From IMG/VR virus record IMGVR_UViG_3300002053_000034, positions 566-64,565 of that record: a DNA stretch of 64,000 nucleotides, one strand, 5' to 3'. A model generated the notes under the pieces. That model had not been told where the DNA came from, ran no database searches, and was given only the letters and a program-made list of their open reading frames with translations. A program made the position numbers and the translations under genes. Shown one piece after another: positions 48,795-58,298 of this stretch (its first letter is position 1; the number at the start of each line of letters is the position of its first letter). Source of the DNA: a virus (lineage: Duplodnaviria > Caudoviricetes).

Positions 48795-50738
48795 TTAATT
48801 ATCCGATTTCAGCCCTATCACAATCCCCTCCAAAAAATCCTTGAATTGATCCTCATTTAAAATTTCTGTGGCAGCATGTATCAAGGTTTTTATATTGATA
48901 TCAGCAGCTTGAGTAGTAGCTGATGGCTGATTACTCGGTGCCTGGTTCGGTGTCTTAGTTTTGGTTTGAGTTTGTGTGTTCGGTTGCTTTGGTTTAGGCT
49001 GCTGCCCTTTAGGTCTGCCGGCCGATGGCGTTCCCTGAGGCGCCCTTTGGACTGTCTGTATTTTAGATTGCTGAAAAGGACTGCCCAAAATTCCCAAGGT
49101 ACCGTCTAGCACGCTCGGTAGTTCATTCTGCATGTTATTAAATTCATTAGGAAAATCAAACCCCAACTGCTCCATGGCGGTTTTATATGACAACATACGC
49201 CTATCCACCAACTGCGATATGGTACTCATATAAAGTATGAAGTCTCTCAATATAGTATTATCCCACCTGACTTTAGGAAATTGGGCAAACCCCATCGCCT
49301 CAGCTATCTGACTGTATTCATTATATATCCAAATTTCAACTTGCTGTCTGGCGTAATTTATCTCCTCGATTACAGACTTAACTATCATCCCAGCTTCTGC
49401 GACATTAACATTGGTTATACCATCTATCAAAGATCTAGACATTGCTATGGCACCGGTGATATCTTCATTAACTTGCTTATATTTATCCTGCCCTAGTACG
49501 GCCTCAATTTCAGGCGCGACTATTTTTTCAATCTCCAATGTGTGATTCCACACAACATCAAAAGATTTTGATGTGGTGTTAAACAACTGGGATACGGTTT
49601 CTAACTGCGTCTGGTCCGTACATGGATATTGGTCATTTCCTATAGTAATTTTAAGTATATAATTAGTTATACCGTCTAAAGTACTTAGGTCTGCTTGCCT
49701 CAAAGATTTTTTATATTCCAACGAATCAAAAGCTTTAACTCCCCTAGGCTTCGCGTAGCGCTCGTATGGCTGTTTTCGATAATCTACACTCCCTACAAAT
49801 AGCGGATCTAATTCGATTGTGCCCGATTCGGCATCCCTTTTAAAATCGGAGGGCAACAACTTCAAAATCAACTTTTCATCGTCCGTCAAATCCTTAGTTT
49901 CCTTCTTCAACAAATCTTTGAGTTCGGCCGAAGGCTCTAAAATTACTTTGGATTTATCAAAAAGCAAGCTGCCCTGGATGGTGATATTAAGCGGATTCAA
50001 TACTGTATAGGCTACGGGGATATAGCCTTTAGACCAAACTTTTTTCTTTTGAGCTATTTCTTCTTTTAATTCTCTTTCATCTTTTTTTCTACCATCTAAA
50101 TCAGCGGACATTTTTTCTAGACGCTCCATTCTTTTAGCTCGTATTCTAGATGCCCTTTCTGACATTTCTTTGAGAATGCCTCTAGCTTGGTTAGTCCTCG
50201 GTTGTCCTGGTATAGGCGATAAATAACTAACGCCAGGCTCATATTTACCAATAATTTTATAAGTTCTAACCATTCCGACTCTAAAAAAATCAAAAAATAT
50301 CCAATCTAATATTTGTTTAAACCCAACATCAAAATTCCACGTGTCGTAAAACAATTTTATATTGTCATCATCAATCGCATTCTCAAACCCCTTAGAAGCA
50401 AAATTGGTAAGAATATCGATATGAGATCCATAAACATCAGCTTCATAATAATAATTAATAGCCCGCTGAAAAAGCTCTTTCGGATCTGACTCACTGATTC
50501 TCTTTTGTGCCAGGTCTAAATCAGGTCGGACTAAAAAATCTCGCCTTAAAGTAGAAGCTCTAGCCATTCTAGGTCTAACACCCGCGTTCTCAGGCAACGA
50601 AGCTAATACACTTTCCGTGGGTCTCAAGAAAAATACAGATTTACCAGACGATTCATCGACCTCAATTTTTTGTATGCCAGCATTAGGATATTTCTCTTTA
50701 AATTCCGCGGTAACTTTTTGTAATTTTTTAGAATCCAT
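48795..50738 (-). CDS. portal protein, 647 aa
   Basis: Follows terminase; size; YAKPRGVKAF..L..K.SLRQAD segment; Q/P-rich disordered tail. Confidence 0.75.
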   Translation of the reverse strand: MDSKKLQKVTAEFKEKYPNAGIQKIEVDESSGKSVFFLRPTESVLASLPENAGVRPRMARASTLRRDFLVRPDLDLAQKRISESDPKELFQRAINYYYEADVYGSHIDILTNFASKGFENAIDDDNIKLFYDTWNFDVGFKQILDWIFFDFFRVGMVRTYKIIGKYEPGVSYLSPIPGQPRTNQARGILKEMSERASRIRAKRMERLEKMSADLDGRKKDERELKEEIAQKKKVWSKGYIPVAYTVLNPLNITIQGSLLFDKSKVILEPSAELKDLLKKETKDLTDDEKLILKLLPSDFKRDAESGTIELDPLFVGSVDYRKQPYERYAKPRGVKAFDSLEYKKSLRQADLSTLDGITNYILKITIGNDQYPCTDQTQLETVSQLFNTTSKSFDVVWNHTLEIEKIVAPEIEAVLGQDKYKQVNEDITGAIAMSRSLIDGITNVNVAEAGMIVKSVIEEINYARQQVEIWIYNEYSQIAEAMGFAQFPKVRWDNTILRDFILYMSTISQLVDRRMLSYKTAMEQLGFDFPNEFNNMQNELPSVLDGTLGILGSPFQQSKIQTVQRAPQGTPSAGRPKGQQPKPKQPNTQTQTKTKTPNQAPSNQPSATTQAADINIKTLIHAATEILNEDQFKDFLEGIVIGLKSDN

Positions 50739-50752
50739 AAAAATTCTCCTTT

Positions 50753-50971
50753 TTATACCTTATCGCCATTCCCGACGCCTTTATGAGTTCTATAAACCTT
50801 ATACGCTTCTCTAGCGCCGGCTACGGCAGTAATTATACTTGCCGCCGTAGTAGAAATGGAAATTCCAGTAAATACCGCCAAGAAAGTAGCTATAAGTATC
50901 CACACTTTCACTGATAAACCTATATCTAACAATCGTTGAAGCCACTCAGTCCAAAACGGTCTCCACTCCAT
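50753..50971 (-). CDS. small membrane protein (holin-like), 72 aa
   Basis: Two hydrophobic segments and a basic C-terminus. Confidence 0.4.
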   Translation of the reverse strand: MEWRPFWTEWLQRLLDIGLSVKVWILIATFLAVFTGISISTTAASIITAVAGAREAYKVYRTHKGVGNGDKV

Positions 50972-51021
50972 GTCGTTGATTTCCTTTCATTAAAAAGTAC
51001 GTTTCTAACTTATTAAGTTAG

Positions 51022-52740
51022 TTAATCCCCGCTACCCAGGATCGCATTTTTTAGATAATCTTTTCCACTAACGGCTGCGGGAATAGTGAATTTAGCTCCG
51101 GGTTTGTGAGGGCGTATCAAGCCCTGTGGATGCACAAACTTATCCAGTTCTAGGCTCTGTCTATATAATTCTCTTACGCCCCAACCAGCTAAGATTAAGG
51201 CAGAATATAAATCTTTATTTTGCCCTTTTCTAGGTGTGTCAAAATGTCTCACGCCCCGGGCAGTTTGTGTTACAACTATATTCAACAATTGGGATTTAAG
51301 TAGTTTAACCGCATCATATTCAGCATCGATTAGCTCCGCAGTCTCCCCTCCCAAAACCGGTTTAACTGGAAATCGCAACTCTTTATGCTCGAAAAGTGCC
51401 AAAGTATCAAAATTGGCATCCGATATCCAACTGGTGGAGGGGTTCACAAGTTGTAATATCCTCTTTCCAGGTTTGCCCTTCATAGATTCATCCTCTATAT
51501 CTATGATGCGCTCGTGATCATTGTGCCCTTCTTGCAACAGATCGGTGATAGCTTTACCACCGCCTTGAGAATCCATGAATATCCTTTTCACATTAAAAAC
51601 ATCGGTCAATCTTTGGATCTCCATTACCATCTCTTGTGTCTTCTTCTTTTTTAACTCTTTAACATAAACTATTTTATGTGGCGCTCCGATTTCTATAATA
51701 ATTATACCGCAAGCCGCCGAACCCCCTTGATTTGGATCTATGCCCAATACATATTCCTTGCCAGGATCACCATTCAATTTCAAAGTGAAATCGCTTCCTA
51801 ACGTACAGGCTTCCAGCATGGACCCCTTAAAGAACCCATCACTATCTGAAACCATGGCAGCTTCATATTCCATCATGAACTCTATGCTCGACATAGTTCG
51901 GCGTGCTTCATTTACATTCTCTTCATCCAAGAACCCATCCGGCAAGAGCTGATAAGGCACTTGATGAACAGCATATCTGGTATTAGTTCCCTCTTCCTCC
52001 ATAGCTTTCCAGTAAGATCTCATCCTTTTCCACATATGATTGAACTTAAAATATCCGGAAGAGGTCATTATCATTTTATTAGCAGTCTCGCCACCAAAAT
52101 CTTCGGCGGTCGCCAAACCTAACTTGATTAATTTCTCTCGTTTCTCCCGCTCTCTAACCCTCTGCATAGGTTCTGAAAAAGTAACAGCCATGGGTCTAAG
52201 AACCAAATCAATAATGTCTGAGGGCATCTGGGCCAGCTCGTCTATCTGAACTAAATAAAACCTCGACCCCCTAATTTTCGCTCCGTCCACACCTATAGGT
52301 AAAGCCTCTATGTAACTACCATGGGATTGATCGGTAGCTTTAAATTTTAGATAGCACATATCCGCACCGCGCACGGGACGCTTTTCGGTAGCTTCTCTCA
52401 ATATAGGTGATCTCTGATAAAGCTTTTCTACCTCGGCAAATATCATTTTAGACTGCCTAAACGAAGGTGCTATAAGACCTACCCTATATCCTGGGTATAG
52501 CAGAGCATGCAGAACTGCATTAACTCCAAGTAAATACGTTTTTCCACCACCACGACCCATTACCGTAATAGTGAAACTCTTAAACCACATGTCTCTCAGT
52601 ATAGATCTTTGTATGGGGGCCAAATCCACCATCAATAAATCATAGGCCGCCGCCACAGGATCTTTTCTATAATAATCAACCAATAATGATCCTTGATCCA
52701 TTATCAGCTCTATGTTTTCATAAATATCTACGCCTGGCAT
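51022..52740 (-). CDS. terL: terminase large subunit
   Basis: Walker A MGRGGGKT, Walker B VQIDE, motif III MTSS, nuclease LGIDP and KDLYSAL. Confidence 0.93.
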   Translation of the reverse strand: MPGVDIYENIELIMDQGSLLVDYYRKDPVAAAYDLLMVDLAPIQRSILRDMWFKSFTITVMGRGGGKTYLLGVNAVLHALLYPGYRVGLIAPSFRQSKMIFAEVEKLYQRSPILREATEKRPVRGADMCYLKFKATDQSHGSYIEALPIGVDGAKIRGSRFYLVQIDELAQMPSDIIDLVLRPMAVTFSEPMQRVREREKREKLIKLGLATAEDFGGETANKMIMTSSGYFKFNHMWKRMRSYWKAMEEEGTNTRYAVHQVPYQLLPDGFLDEENVNEARRTMSSIEFMMEYEAAMVSDSDGFFKGSMLEACTLGSDFTLKLNGDPGKEYVLGIDPNQGGSAACGIIIIEIGAPHKIVYVKELKKKKTQEMVMEIQRLTDVFNVKRIFMDSQGGGKAITDLLQEGHNDHERIIDIEDESMKGKPGKRILQLVNPSTSWISDANFDTLALFEHKELRFPVKPVLGGETAELIDAEYDAVKLLKSQLLNIVVTQTARGVRHFDTPRKGQNKDLYSALILAGWGVRELYRQSLELDKFVHPQGLIRPHKPGAKFTIPAAVSGKDYLKNAILGSGD

Positions 52741-52743
52741 TGT

Positions 52744-53268
52744 TTACTCCTCTTCCACTATTCCAGCATCTTCGTCGTTCCGATTACCTATTAATAGATC
52801 TGACTTTAATGATTCTTCCTCTTCAGCTCGCAGAGACTGGGCCCTATCTAAAATCTCTTGTTTCTTATCAGCATCAAAGTTAACTGCCAGATCTACAATG
52901 GAAAAGCCGCCAAATTTTTTGGGGTCTATTCTGTCCTTTCTTCGAGCAGCTAAATTATCTTTCAATTTTTCTGTTTGCTTTCTTATTTTATCTATGGAAA
53001 TGGAGGCATCCATAGTAGCTACGGCATCGTCTTTGCTAGCCCTTAATATTCTAATTTCTAAAACTCTGTTGATAGCAATAGACATGATATCATCCATATC
53101 ATTTGCTGTGAGTTGGGACTCATCAAAATCTCGTAAATAAGTGCCTACTAGCCCCTCGTACATCCGATTTTCTTCATCATCGAATATATCAGCTGCTGGT
53201 ATATATTTTTGGAGTAATTCTTTAAACTTAGGCGGGTTTTTAGGTCTCCCCGGCTTTCCTTTTGCCAT
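52744..53268 (-). CDS. probable terminase small subunit
   Basis: Directly upstream of terL; helical with basic N-terminus KPGRPK. Confidence 0.5.
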   Translation of the reverse strand: MAKGKPGRPKNPPKFKELLQKYIPAADIFDDEENRMYEGLVGTYLRDFDESQLTANDMDDIMSIAINRVLEIRILRASKDDAVATMDASISIDKIRKQTEKLKDNLAARRKDRIDPKKFGGFSIVDLAVNFDADKKQEILDRAQSLRAEEEESLKSDLLIGNRNDEDAGIVEEE

Positions 53269-53277
53269 TATCCCCCT

Positions 53278-53709
53278 CTACACTAACGAATGCAACTCTT
53301 CTATACACTCTACATCCTTTAACTCTTCTTTTAATAATATTAAAAATTCTGGAGTGGCGTTATGACCAAATATATGCTCAATATCTCCTCCAAAACATAA
53401 TTCTAACTGATTTAGGTAGGTCAGTCTTTTTTCGGTCATAACAAAATCCGTGTCATCTAACCTAGTCTTATTCTCGTCAATCCAATCAGTAGCCTCTTCC
53501 GACACATAACCGTATTCGTACACCATACTATCGGAAAGAGCATCTTTCTCATTAAAATACTCTCTCAGAGACTTTGATATCTTATCTTTAGTTTTTTGTG
53601 AATGCTCGGCACCTAACCTTTTCTGCCGTATCTTTTCTTTAGTTTCGTCACTAAGTCTGTGCCCAACTGGGCGACCCCTCTTTTTACTAACCTTAATGTC
53701 GCTCTCCAT
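53278..53709 (-). CDS. NUMOD3-motif DNA-binding protein
   Basis: GHRLSDETKEKIR...GAEHSQKTKDKISKS tandem NUMOD3 motifs; no nuclease motif seen. Confidence 0.7.
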   Translation of the reverse strand: MESDIKVSKKRGRPVGHRLSDETKEKIRQKRLGAEHSQKTKDKISKSLREYFNEKDALSDSMVYEYGYVSEEATDWIDENKTRLDDTDFVMTEKRLTYLNQLELCFGGDIEHIFGHNATPEFLILLKEELKDVECIEELHSLV

Positions 53710-53712
53710 GAT

Positions 53713-54198
53713 CTACCCTTCCAAGTCGATATCGTCAACCATACATTTAATGAGTCTATCAGATCCAAACAATTCAACAGATGCTACTAATCTATCACCA
53801 TCAATTTCGACTACCGTGCATATCATCCCCTTAAAAGGCGTTCCTTTTAATCTATAACTGTGACCCTCTTTCACTTCATTAATAGGGACCAAATCTTCAT
53901 ATTTGCGGCTTGATAAAACTTCTATTTCTTCTATCTCCTTTTGGGAGCATACTCCAACATACTCTCGAATCCAGGGGCAATTACATAATTTAGCGTGTAG
54001 TCCATTATTATAATCGCATTTGACAAAAATATAATTATTGTACAAGGGTACGCTCTTTTGTTTTCGCCCCGATTTAGTATCATATTCACGTATAACGGTA
54101 GGATATAATACCTTATCTACTTCAGGGAACGATTCCAAAAATTCTTTGACCCTTTTATATTGCTGTTGAATGATTGTCCAGACGTGCCATGCCTTCAT
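53713..54198 (-). CDS. NusG/RfaH-family transcription elongation factor
   Basis: NGN domain (WHVWT...LYPT...VPLYNNYIFV...REYVG) plus KOW domain (GTPFKGMICTVVEIDGDR...VELFG). Confidence 0.85.
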   Translation of the reverse strand: MKAWHVWTIIQQQYKRVKEFLESFPEVDKVLYPTVIREYDTKSGRKQKSVPLYNNYIFVKCDYNNGLHAKLCNCPWIREYVGVCSQKEIEEIEVLSSRKYEDLVPINEVKEGHSYRLKGTPFKGMICTVVEIDGDRLVASVELFGSDRLIKCMVDDIDLEG

Positions 54199-54464
54199 TC
54201 CTCAATCCTTTCCACCTTTGTAGCTTTTTTACACTCGGGGCAAGCATACATGATGGTATTTACAGAAGCCGTAAGTACCCTCCCACATTCCACGCATTTG
54301 AACCAACCATTTCTTTTGGACCGAGACGGTTTAGAAAATGAAAAAGGAAGGTTCATATAGTCATCGGCGAATTTACTTTCCCTATGGATACGCTCATTAT
54401 GCTTTCTAACACCCTCTTCTGGTTCCCATCGGCGAGGAGTAGACCCCGGACTAAGATCTCCCAT
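54195..54464 (-). CDS. Zn-ribbon protein, 89 aa
   Basis: FKCVECG...YACPEC. Confidence 0.7.
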   Translation of the reverse strand: MGDLSPGSTPRRWEPEEGVRKHNERIHRESKFADDYMNLPFSFSKPSRSKRNGWFKCVECGRVLTASVNTIMYACPECKKATKVERIEE

Positions 54465-54465
54465 G

Positions 54466-55035
54466 TTATAGCCCTCTCTTGTAATCTATTTGAACAAATC
54501 TTTTACTACTAATATAATCAGCTATATATACTACTAATTCTTCGGGGGTATACTTGGACAGTGGTTTACGAACAGATTGGTCGGTCCACGGGCCATAATG
54601 GTAAAAAATGGCAGAACATATCATATTAGCGGAATCCCTACTAAGCCTACCTTTGAATTTTTGTCTATAAACATCGGCAGCTATGCTAGCCATCACTTGA
54701 GGATGATCTGAGGTAGTATGCCCAGTCTTATCTTTTCCCTGCTTAGCAAGATCATGTAACAAGGCCGCAGCACATACCTCGTCTCGATGCGAGTCACAGC
54801 CCAACCCTATGCTAAGATCATAAGCTAAAGCAAACACTTTCTTCATATGTATTAATGTGCCATCAGGACCTAGTTCTTCCAAAGGATGAAATTTTCCCGA
54901 ACTACTTGAAGGACAATCTTCAAATATATAATCTGGCGCAATTTTAATACATTCTTCAGTAAATTCCCTTATTACAGGATTGATGATCAACGATAATTCT
55001 TCTTTAAAAAACTCTAACCTATCCTCTGTATCCAT
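54466..55035 (-). CDS. HD-domain phosphohydrolase
   Basis: SSSGKFHP, GTLIH, ALLHDLAK, HYGPW, IADY. Confidence 0.85.
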   Translation of the reverse strand: MDTEDRLEFFKEELSLIINPVIREFTEECIKIAPDYIFEDCPSSSSGKFHPLEELGPDGTLIHMKKVFALAYDLSIGLGCDSHRDEVCAAALLHDLAKQGKDKTGHTTSDHPQVMASIAADVYRQKFKGRLSRDSANMICSAIFYHYGPWTDQSVRKPLSKYTPEELVVYIADYISSKRFVQIDYKRGL

Positions 55036-55051
55036 AATACTCTCCTTAAAT

Positions 55052-55089
55052 AAAAAACCCCAACATTATCTAGCTCGAATGTATGGGGC
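55052..55089 (-). terminator. possible intrinsic terminator
   Basis: - strand GCCCCA-T-ACATT-(10 nt loop)-AATGT-TGGGGT followed by TTTTT. Confidence 0.4.
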
Positions 55090-55296
55090 GTCCGTACTTA
55101 AATTTGTTCTATCTTCTTTTGTACTTGGCGTCTGTGCATTATACCCTGACTGTGGCTCAATTCTCCACTCGCGGGGGTAATTAGCATAGGCTAAATCCAT
55201 GTAATCAAATCTTCGCCTATCATCCCTAATTAATGTTGCTCCCTCACGATATCTAATCCAATATGGTTTTGTGAATGCCGAATGGGAAAGTGGCAT
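55066..55296 (-). CDS. hypothetical protein, 76 aa
   Basis: Coupled to upstream stop (TAATG); AGGAGG SD. Confidence 0.55.
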   Translation of the reverse strand: MPLSHSAFTKPYWIRYREGATLIRDDRRRFDYMDLAYANYPREWRIEPQSGYNAQTPSTKEDRTNLSTDAPYIRAR

Positions 55297-55607
55297 TACT
55301 CAGCCTCCTTAGGGTTTGTTCTTTCCAAGAACACCGCTATTTCTCCGTCATCATTTTCATTAGCAGTCATCCAATTCATTATTCCCATTACGAATTCCGG
55401 GACACCGTCGCCCTTCCATTCATAACTAATTCTTAGATATTCATTCTCCCCCATTTTTACGCCAACACTAGCATATTTATACTCGCCCTGCTTCATTATT
55501 TCAGAGCCCTTAATATCTTCGGGCATAATTTTAAGTGTCAGTGCTTTTTGAGCCATTTCTTTCTGAATTTTCTCCTCGTTGGTTTCTACCACTTCATTAT
55601 TCACCAT
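55296..55607 (-). CDS. hypothetical protein, 103 aa
   Basis: Overlapping operon gene. Confidence 0.55.
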   Translation of the reverse strand: MVNNEVVETNEEKIQKEMAQKALTLKIMPEDIKGSEIMKQGEYKYASVGVKMGENEYLRISYEWKGDGVPEFVMGIMNWMTANENDDGEIAVFLERTNPKEAE

Positions 55608-56232
55608 GGTAAACTTCCCCCTTAGTCATTAATTGTTCTAATAAAATAATAGCTTCGACAGTGTCTTCCGCTGCTCTATATAAATCTTCTAATGTGCCAT
55701 CATTATTTATGATAATATCAAAAGCAGTGTAATCATTGAGTGCGGTTTCAGACTCGTGATTCATACCACGAATTTCATGTATGACGGGTCGTGCTATCTT
55801 TATTAATATTCCCCTGTTTTTCCTTACATAGTCGCACTCATTTACATGCCTTACGTCTGTAATGACTACGTCCTTATACTCCCGTTTCTTTACTTCCTTG
55901 TCCAAAGCATACACCCAATAGTCGTGTTTAATTCTACGGTAAAAACTGCCTAGTTCCTGCATAATTTCTCGTGGAGACCAATAATTTTCTGGATCACTAG
56001 ACGCCCCGTTATACCTCTTGGCAAATCTAAAATCCGGAGCTTCCCTCATATTCTTGCCCCGCTCCCATAACTGGTCATCCGTAAGTCCAAAATGTTCCTT
56101 GCACATATTTTTCAATTGCGTGGCAAACGCCATGTGCTCAAAGCATCTTCCTTTGTGACTAAAAGATGTAATTAAATATTCCCCAAATTGATCCTTACCG
56201 CTTCTGGCCTTTCCATGTAGTCCTATTATCAT
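55597..56232 (-). CDS. deoxynucleoside monophosphate kinase (T4 gp1-like)
   Basis: IIGLHGKARSGKD P-loop, PREIMQELG, VVITDVR, HESE, INNDGT. Confidence 0.88.
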   Translation of the reverse strand: MIIGLHGKARSGKDQFGEYLITSFSHKGRCFEHMAFATQLKNMCKEHFGLTDDQLWERGKNMREAPDFRFAKRYNGASSDPENYWSPREIMQELGSFYRRIKHDYWVYALDKEVKKREYKDVVITDVRHVNECDYVRKNRGILIKIARPVIHEIRGMNHESETALNDYTAFDIIINNDGTLEDLYRAAEDTVEAIILLEQLMTKGEVYHGE

Positions 56233-56477
56233 ATTTTAATCCTCCGCAAATCTTTAGTAGCTTTTTCAAATTCGGTTTCAAATTTTTTTATAGATTTAGA
56301 AGCTTTGTCCACAGATTTAACGAATTCATTCGCTTTTTTGTCTAAATCTTCCATTTTTCTATCTATGGGTATTAATTTAATGATATATTCCTCACATCCT
56401 GGAATATTGGGGTTATATCTATATAAATGAGTGATTTCCCCCTCATCATCAAATTCAATCCAATATTTAAAAATCAT
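56229..56477 (-). CDS. hypothetical protein, 82 aa
   Basis: Coupled ORF. Confidence 0.55.
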   Translation of the reverse strand: MIFKYWIEFDDEGEITHLYRYNPNIPGCEEYIIKLIPIDRKMEDLDKKANEFVKSVDKASKSIKKFETEFEKATKDLRRIKI

Positions 56478-56935
56478 TACTTAACCTCAGTTTGCCAAGT
56501 GGCAAACTCAATTTGAGATTCTAATACTTTTATATCCAATCTCAATTTTTCAGTTTCTTTAAAAACTTCATCGACGTCAATACATAAAATTCCTTCGCCT
56601 TTTCTATCTCGGCCGGTCGCAGCACCTAATATATATTCAAAACTCCGCAATTTTCCTTCCGTCGTATCCTTAATAGCCACCGCGTCCGCCAAACTCAAAG
56701 ATGTCTTATTTATAGTAATAACGGTGCTTGCCATAGTACGATCTATTTGGGTAGAAAACTGCTGAAGCTTATTGTATAAATCCCTAAGCTCAACTAGTCT
56801 TTTTTCTATAATAGATTGATTTGCAGCGTAATCTTCGTCGTCTTGAACCACAGTTAGATACGATATATGATCTCTAAGATTATATATTGAATTCTCTAAG
56901 TACTCCTTTTCCTTTATAAGTTCAGCTAAAAGCAT
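56477..56935 (-). CDS. DIP1984-like coiled-coil protein
   Basis: MLLAEL..., SLADAVAIKD, and C-terminal DV...LESQIEFATWQTEV match the family pattern as I recall it. Confidence 0.65.
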   Translation of the reverse strand: MLLAELIKEKEYLENSIYNLRDHISYLTVVQDDEDYAANQSIIEKRLVELRDLYNKLQQFSTQIDRTMASTVITINKTSLSLADAVAIKDTTEGKLRSFEYILGAATGRDRKGEGILCIDVDEVFKETEKLRLDIKVLESQIEFATWQTEVK

Positions 56936-56948
56936 ATCCCTTTCTCCC

Positions 56949-57167
56949 TTATTCTGGGGTTACTTCTTGTGCCTGAACACCCTTATCCGTTTCTACTAAC
57001 TTAAAAGTAACTTTTTGTCCAGCTCGAAGTGTCTTATATCCCTCCATATTGATGTAAGAATAATGGACAAAATACTCCCTAGACTCATCGTCTTCCTTAT
57101 TGATAAAACCATATCCACGCTCTGCGTTAAACCATTTTACTACTCCAATAACTCTATCTTCTGACAT
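56949..57167 (-). CDS. csp: cold-shock domain protein
   Basis: GVVKWFNAERGYGFI (RNP1), FVHYS (RNP2), GYKTLRAGQKVTF. Confidence 0.95.
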   Translation of the reverse strand: MSEDRVIGVVKWFNAERGYGFINKEDDESREYFVHYSYINMEGYKTLRAGQKVTFKLVETDKGVQAQEVTPE

Positions 57168-57194
57168 AATACAAAATCCTCCTTAATAATTTTC

Positions 57195-57211
57195 GCATGC
57201 CCTGGGCATGC
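57195..57211. promoter_or_regulatory. perfect 8-bp inverted repeat in the csp leader
   Basis: GCATGCCC-T-GGGCATGC. Confidence 0.45.
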
Positions 57212-57249
57212 ACCTAAACTAACTCATACCTATACCTATATTGTTACTA

Positions 57250-57278
57250 ATATTATAGAATACTATCCCATATTTGCT
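57250..57278 (-). promoter_or_regulatory. putative promoter AGCAAA-N10-TATTCTATAATAT upstream of csp
   Basis: Contains TATAAT; same motif and spacing at 59752-59780. Confidence 0.6.
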
Positions 57279-57293
57279 AGATTTTTCCATTAA

Positions 57294-58286
57294 TTACAGA
57301 ATAGCAGCCATCAAACATCCGTGAGCAACGCAAGTCATAGGATCTTTAGCTCTTCGTATATCCTTTATTTCGAATGGTAATTTTTTCGTTCTAACACTTT
57401 CTTCTTTAAATTTTTCCACAAAACTTCCCGCCAAAGTCAATCCTCCAGATAATACCACCGGAATGGGTTCTCTGAATGATGGCAGTTTAACTCTCTCAAG
57501 TTCATAAACTATATTACTCAACGCATAGTTAATCAAAATAGTGTAATAAACCGCTATAGCTTCTTGAATCTGGCCTCGCGGTTGGAGTAAATCTAGATTA
57601 GTTTCTTCTTTCTCGATTTGCACCAACGAGGGATTAAGATCTAGTGCTGTAGCAACGGAACGATCTATCCAATCACCACCCTTAGTCATCGCGAACTGAA
57701 TTATAGGGTCTCCTTCATAACAAACTACGGTATTCACCATGCCAGCTCCAAAGGACAGGCACATTCCCGTAAGATTATCATCCAAAAGTTCAGAAAAAGC
57801 TATGGCAAATCCCTCATTTAGAGAGGTTGGATTAAATCCCATCTCTTTCAGATATGCCTTCATCATCTCTTCATGATAAAAAATGTCGAATTTATTATCT
57901 ATTGGCTCTGAAGGTATAGAAAACACTATTTTATCTTGCTGTCCCGAGTCGCCAATCAAACTCTTGATTATTAATTTAATCATAGGTAGAGATGATTTTT
58001 CTTTGGGAGAAAGAACCCCTTTACTCATAGGTCGTTTGGCTTCCAGATTTCTTTCATTGGCCATATGCAAAGCGTCTTCCCCCACCACTACAAAGTCATC
58101 CCCATCAATTATAAAATTAGCCTTCCTACCTTCTAAGGACATTCGGATGCTTTTCCTATTCACCTCTGACTTTGGGGTAAGCCTGAAAAACGCGTCTCTT
58201 TGCCTTTTATAAATAGGAGAACCTTCGTCGTTCATGACAGCCGACACTAACATGTTAGTACCGATATCTAGTCCTACTCCTTTCAT
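57294..58286 (-). CDS. actin-like ATPase (MreB/ParM/FtsA superfamily)
   Basis: Phosphate-1 VGLDIGT, connect-1 NEGFA, phosphate-2 SFGAGMVN, GGDWID, adenosine VLSGG, connect-2 DPMTCVAHG. Confidence 0.88.
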   Translation of the reverse strand: MKGVGLDIGTNMLVSAVMNDEGSPIYKRQRDAFFRLTPKSEVNRKSIRMSLEGRKANFIIDGDDFVVVGEDALHMANERNLEAKRPMSKGVLSPKEKSSLPMIKLIIKSLIGDSGQQDKIVFSIPSEPIDNKFDIFYHEEMMKAYLKEMGFNPTSLNEGFAIAFSELLDDNLTGMCLSFGAGMVNTVVCYEGDPIIQFAMTKGGDWIDRSVATALDLNPSLVQIEKEETNLDLLQPRGQIQEAIAVYYTILINYALSNIVYELERVKLPSFREPIPVVLSGGLTLAGSFVEKFKEESVRTKKLPFEIKDIRRAKDPMTCVAHGCLMAAIL

Positions 58287-58298
58287 AAATAACCCTCC

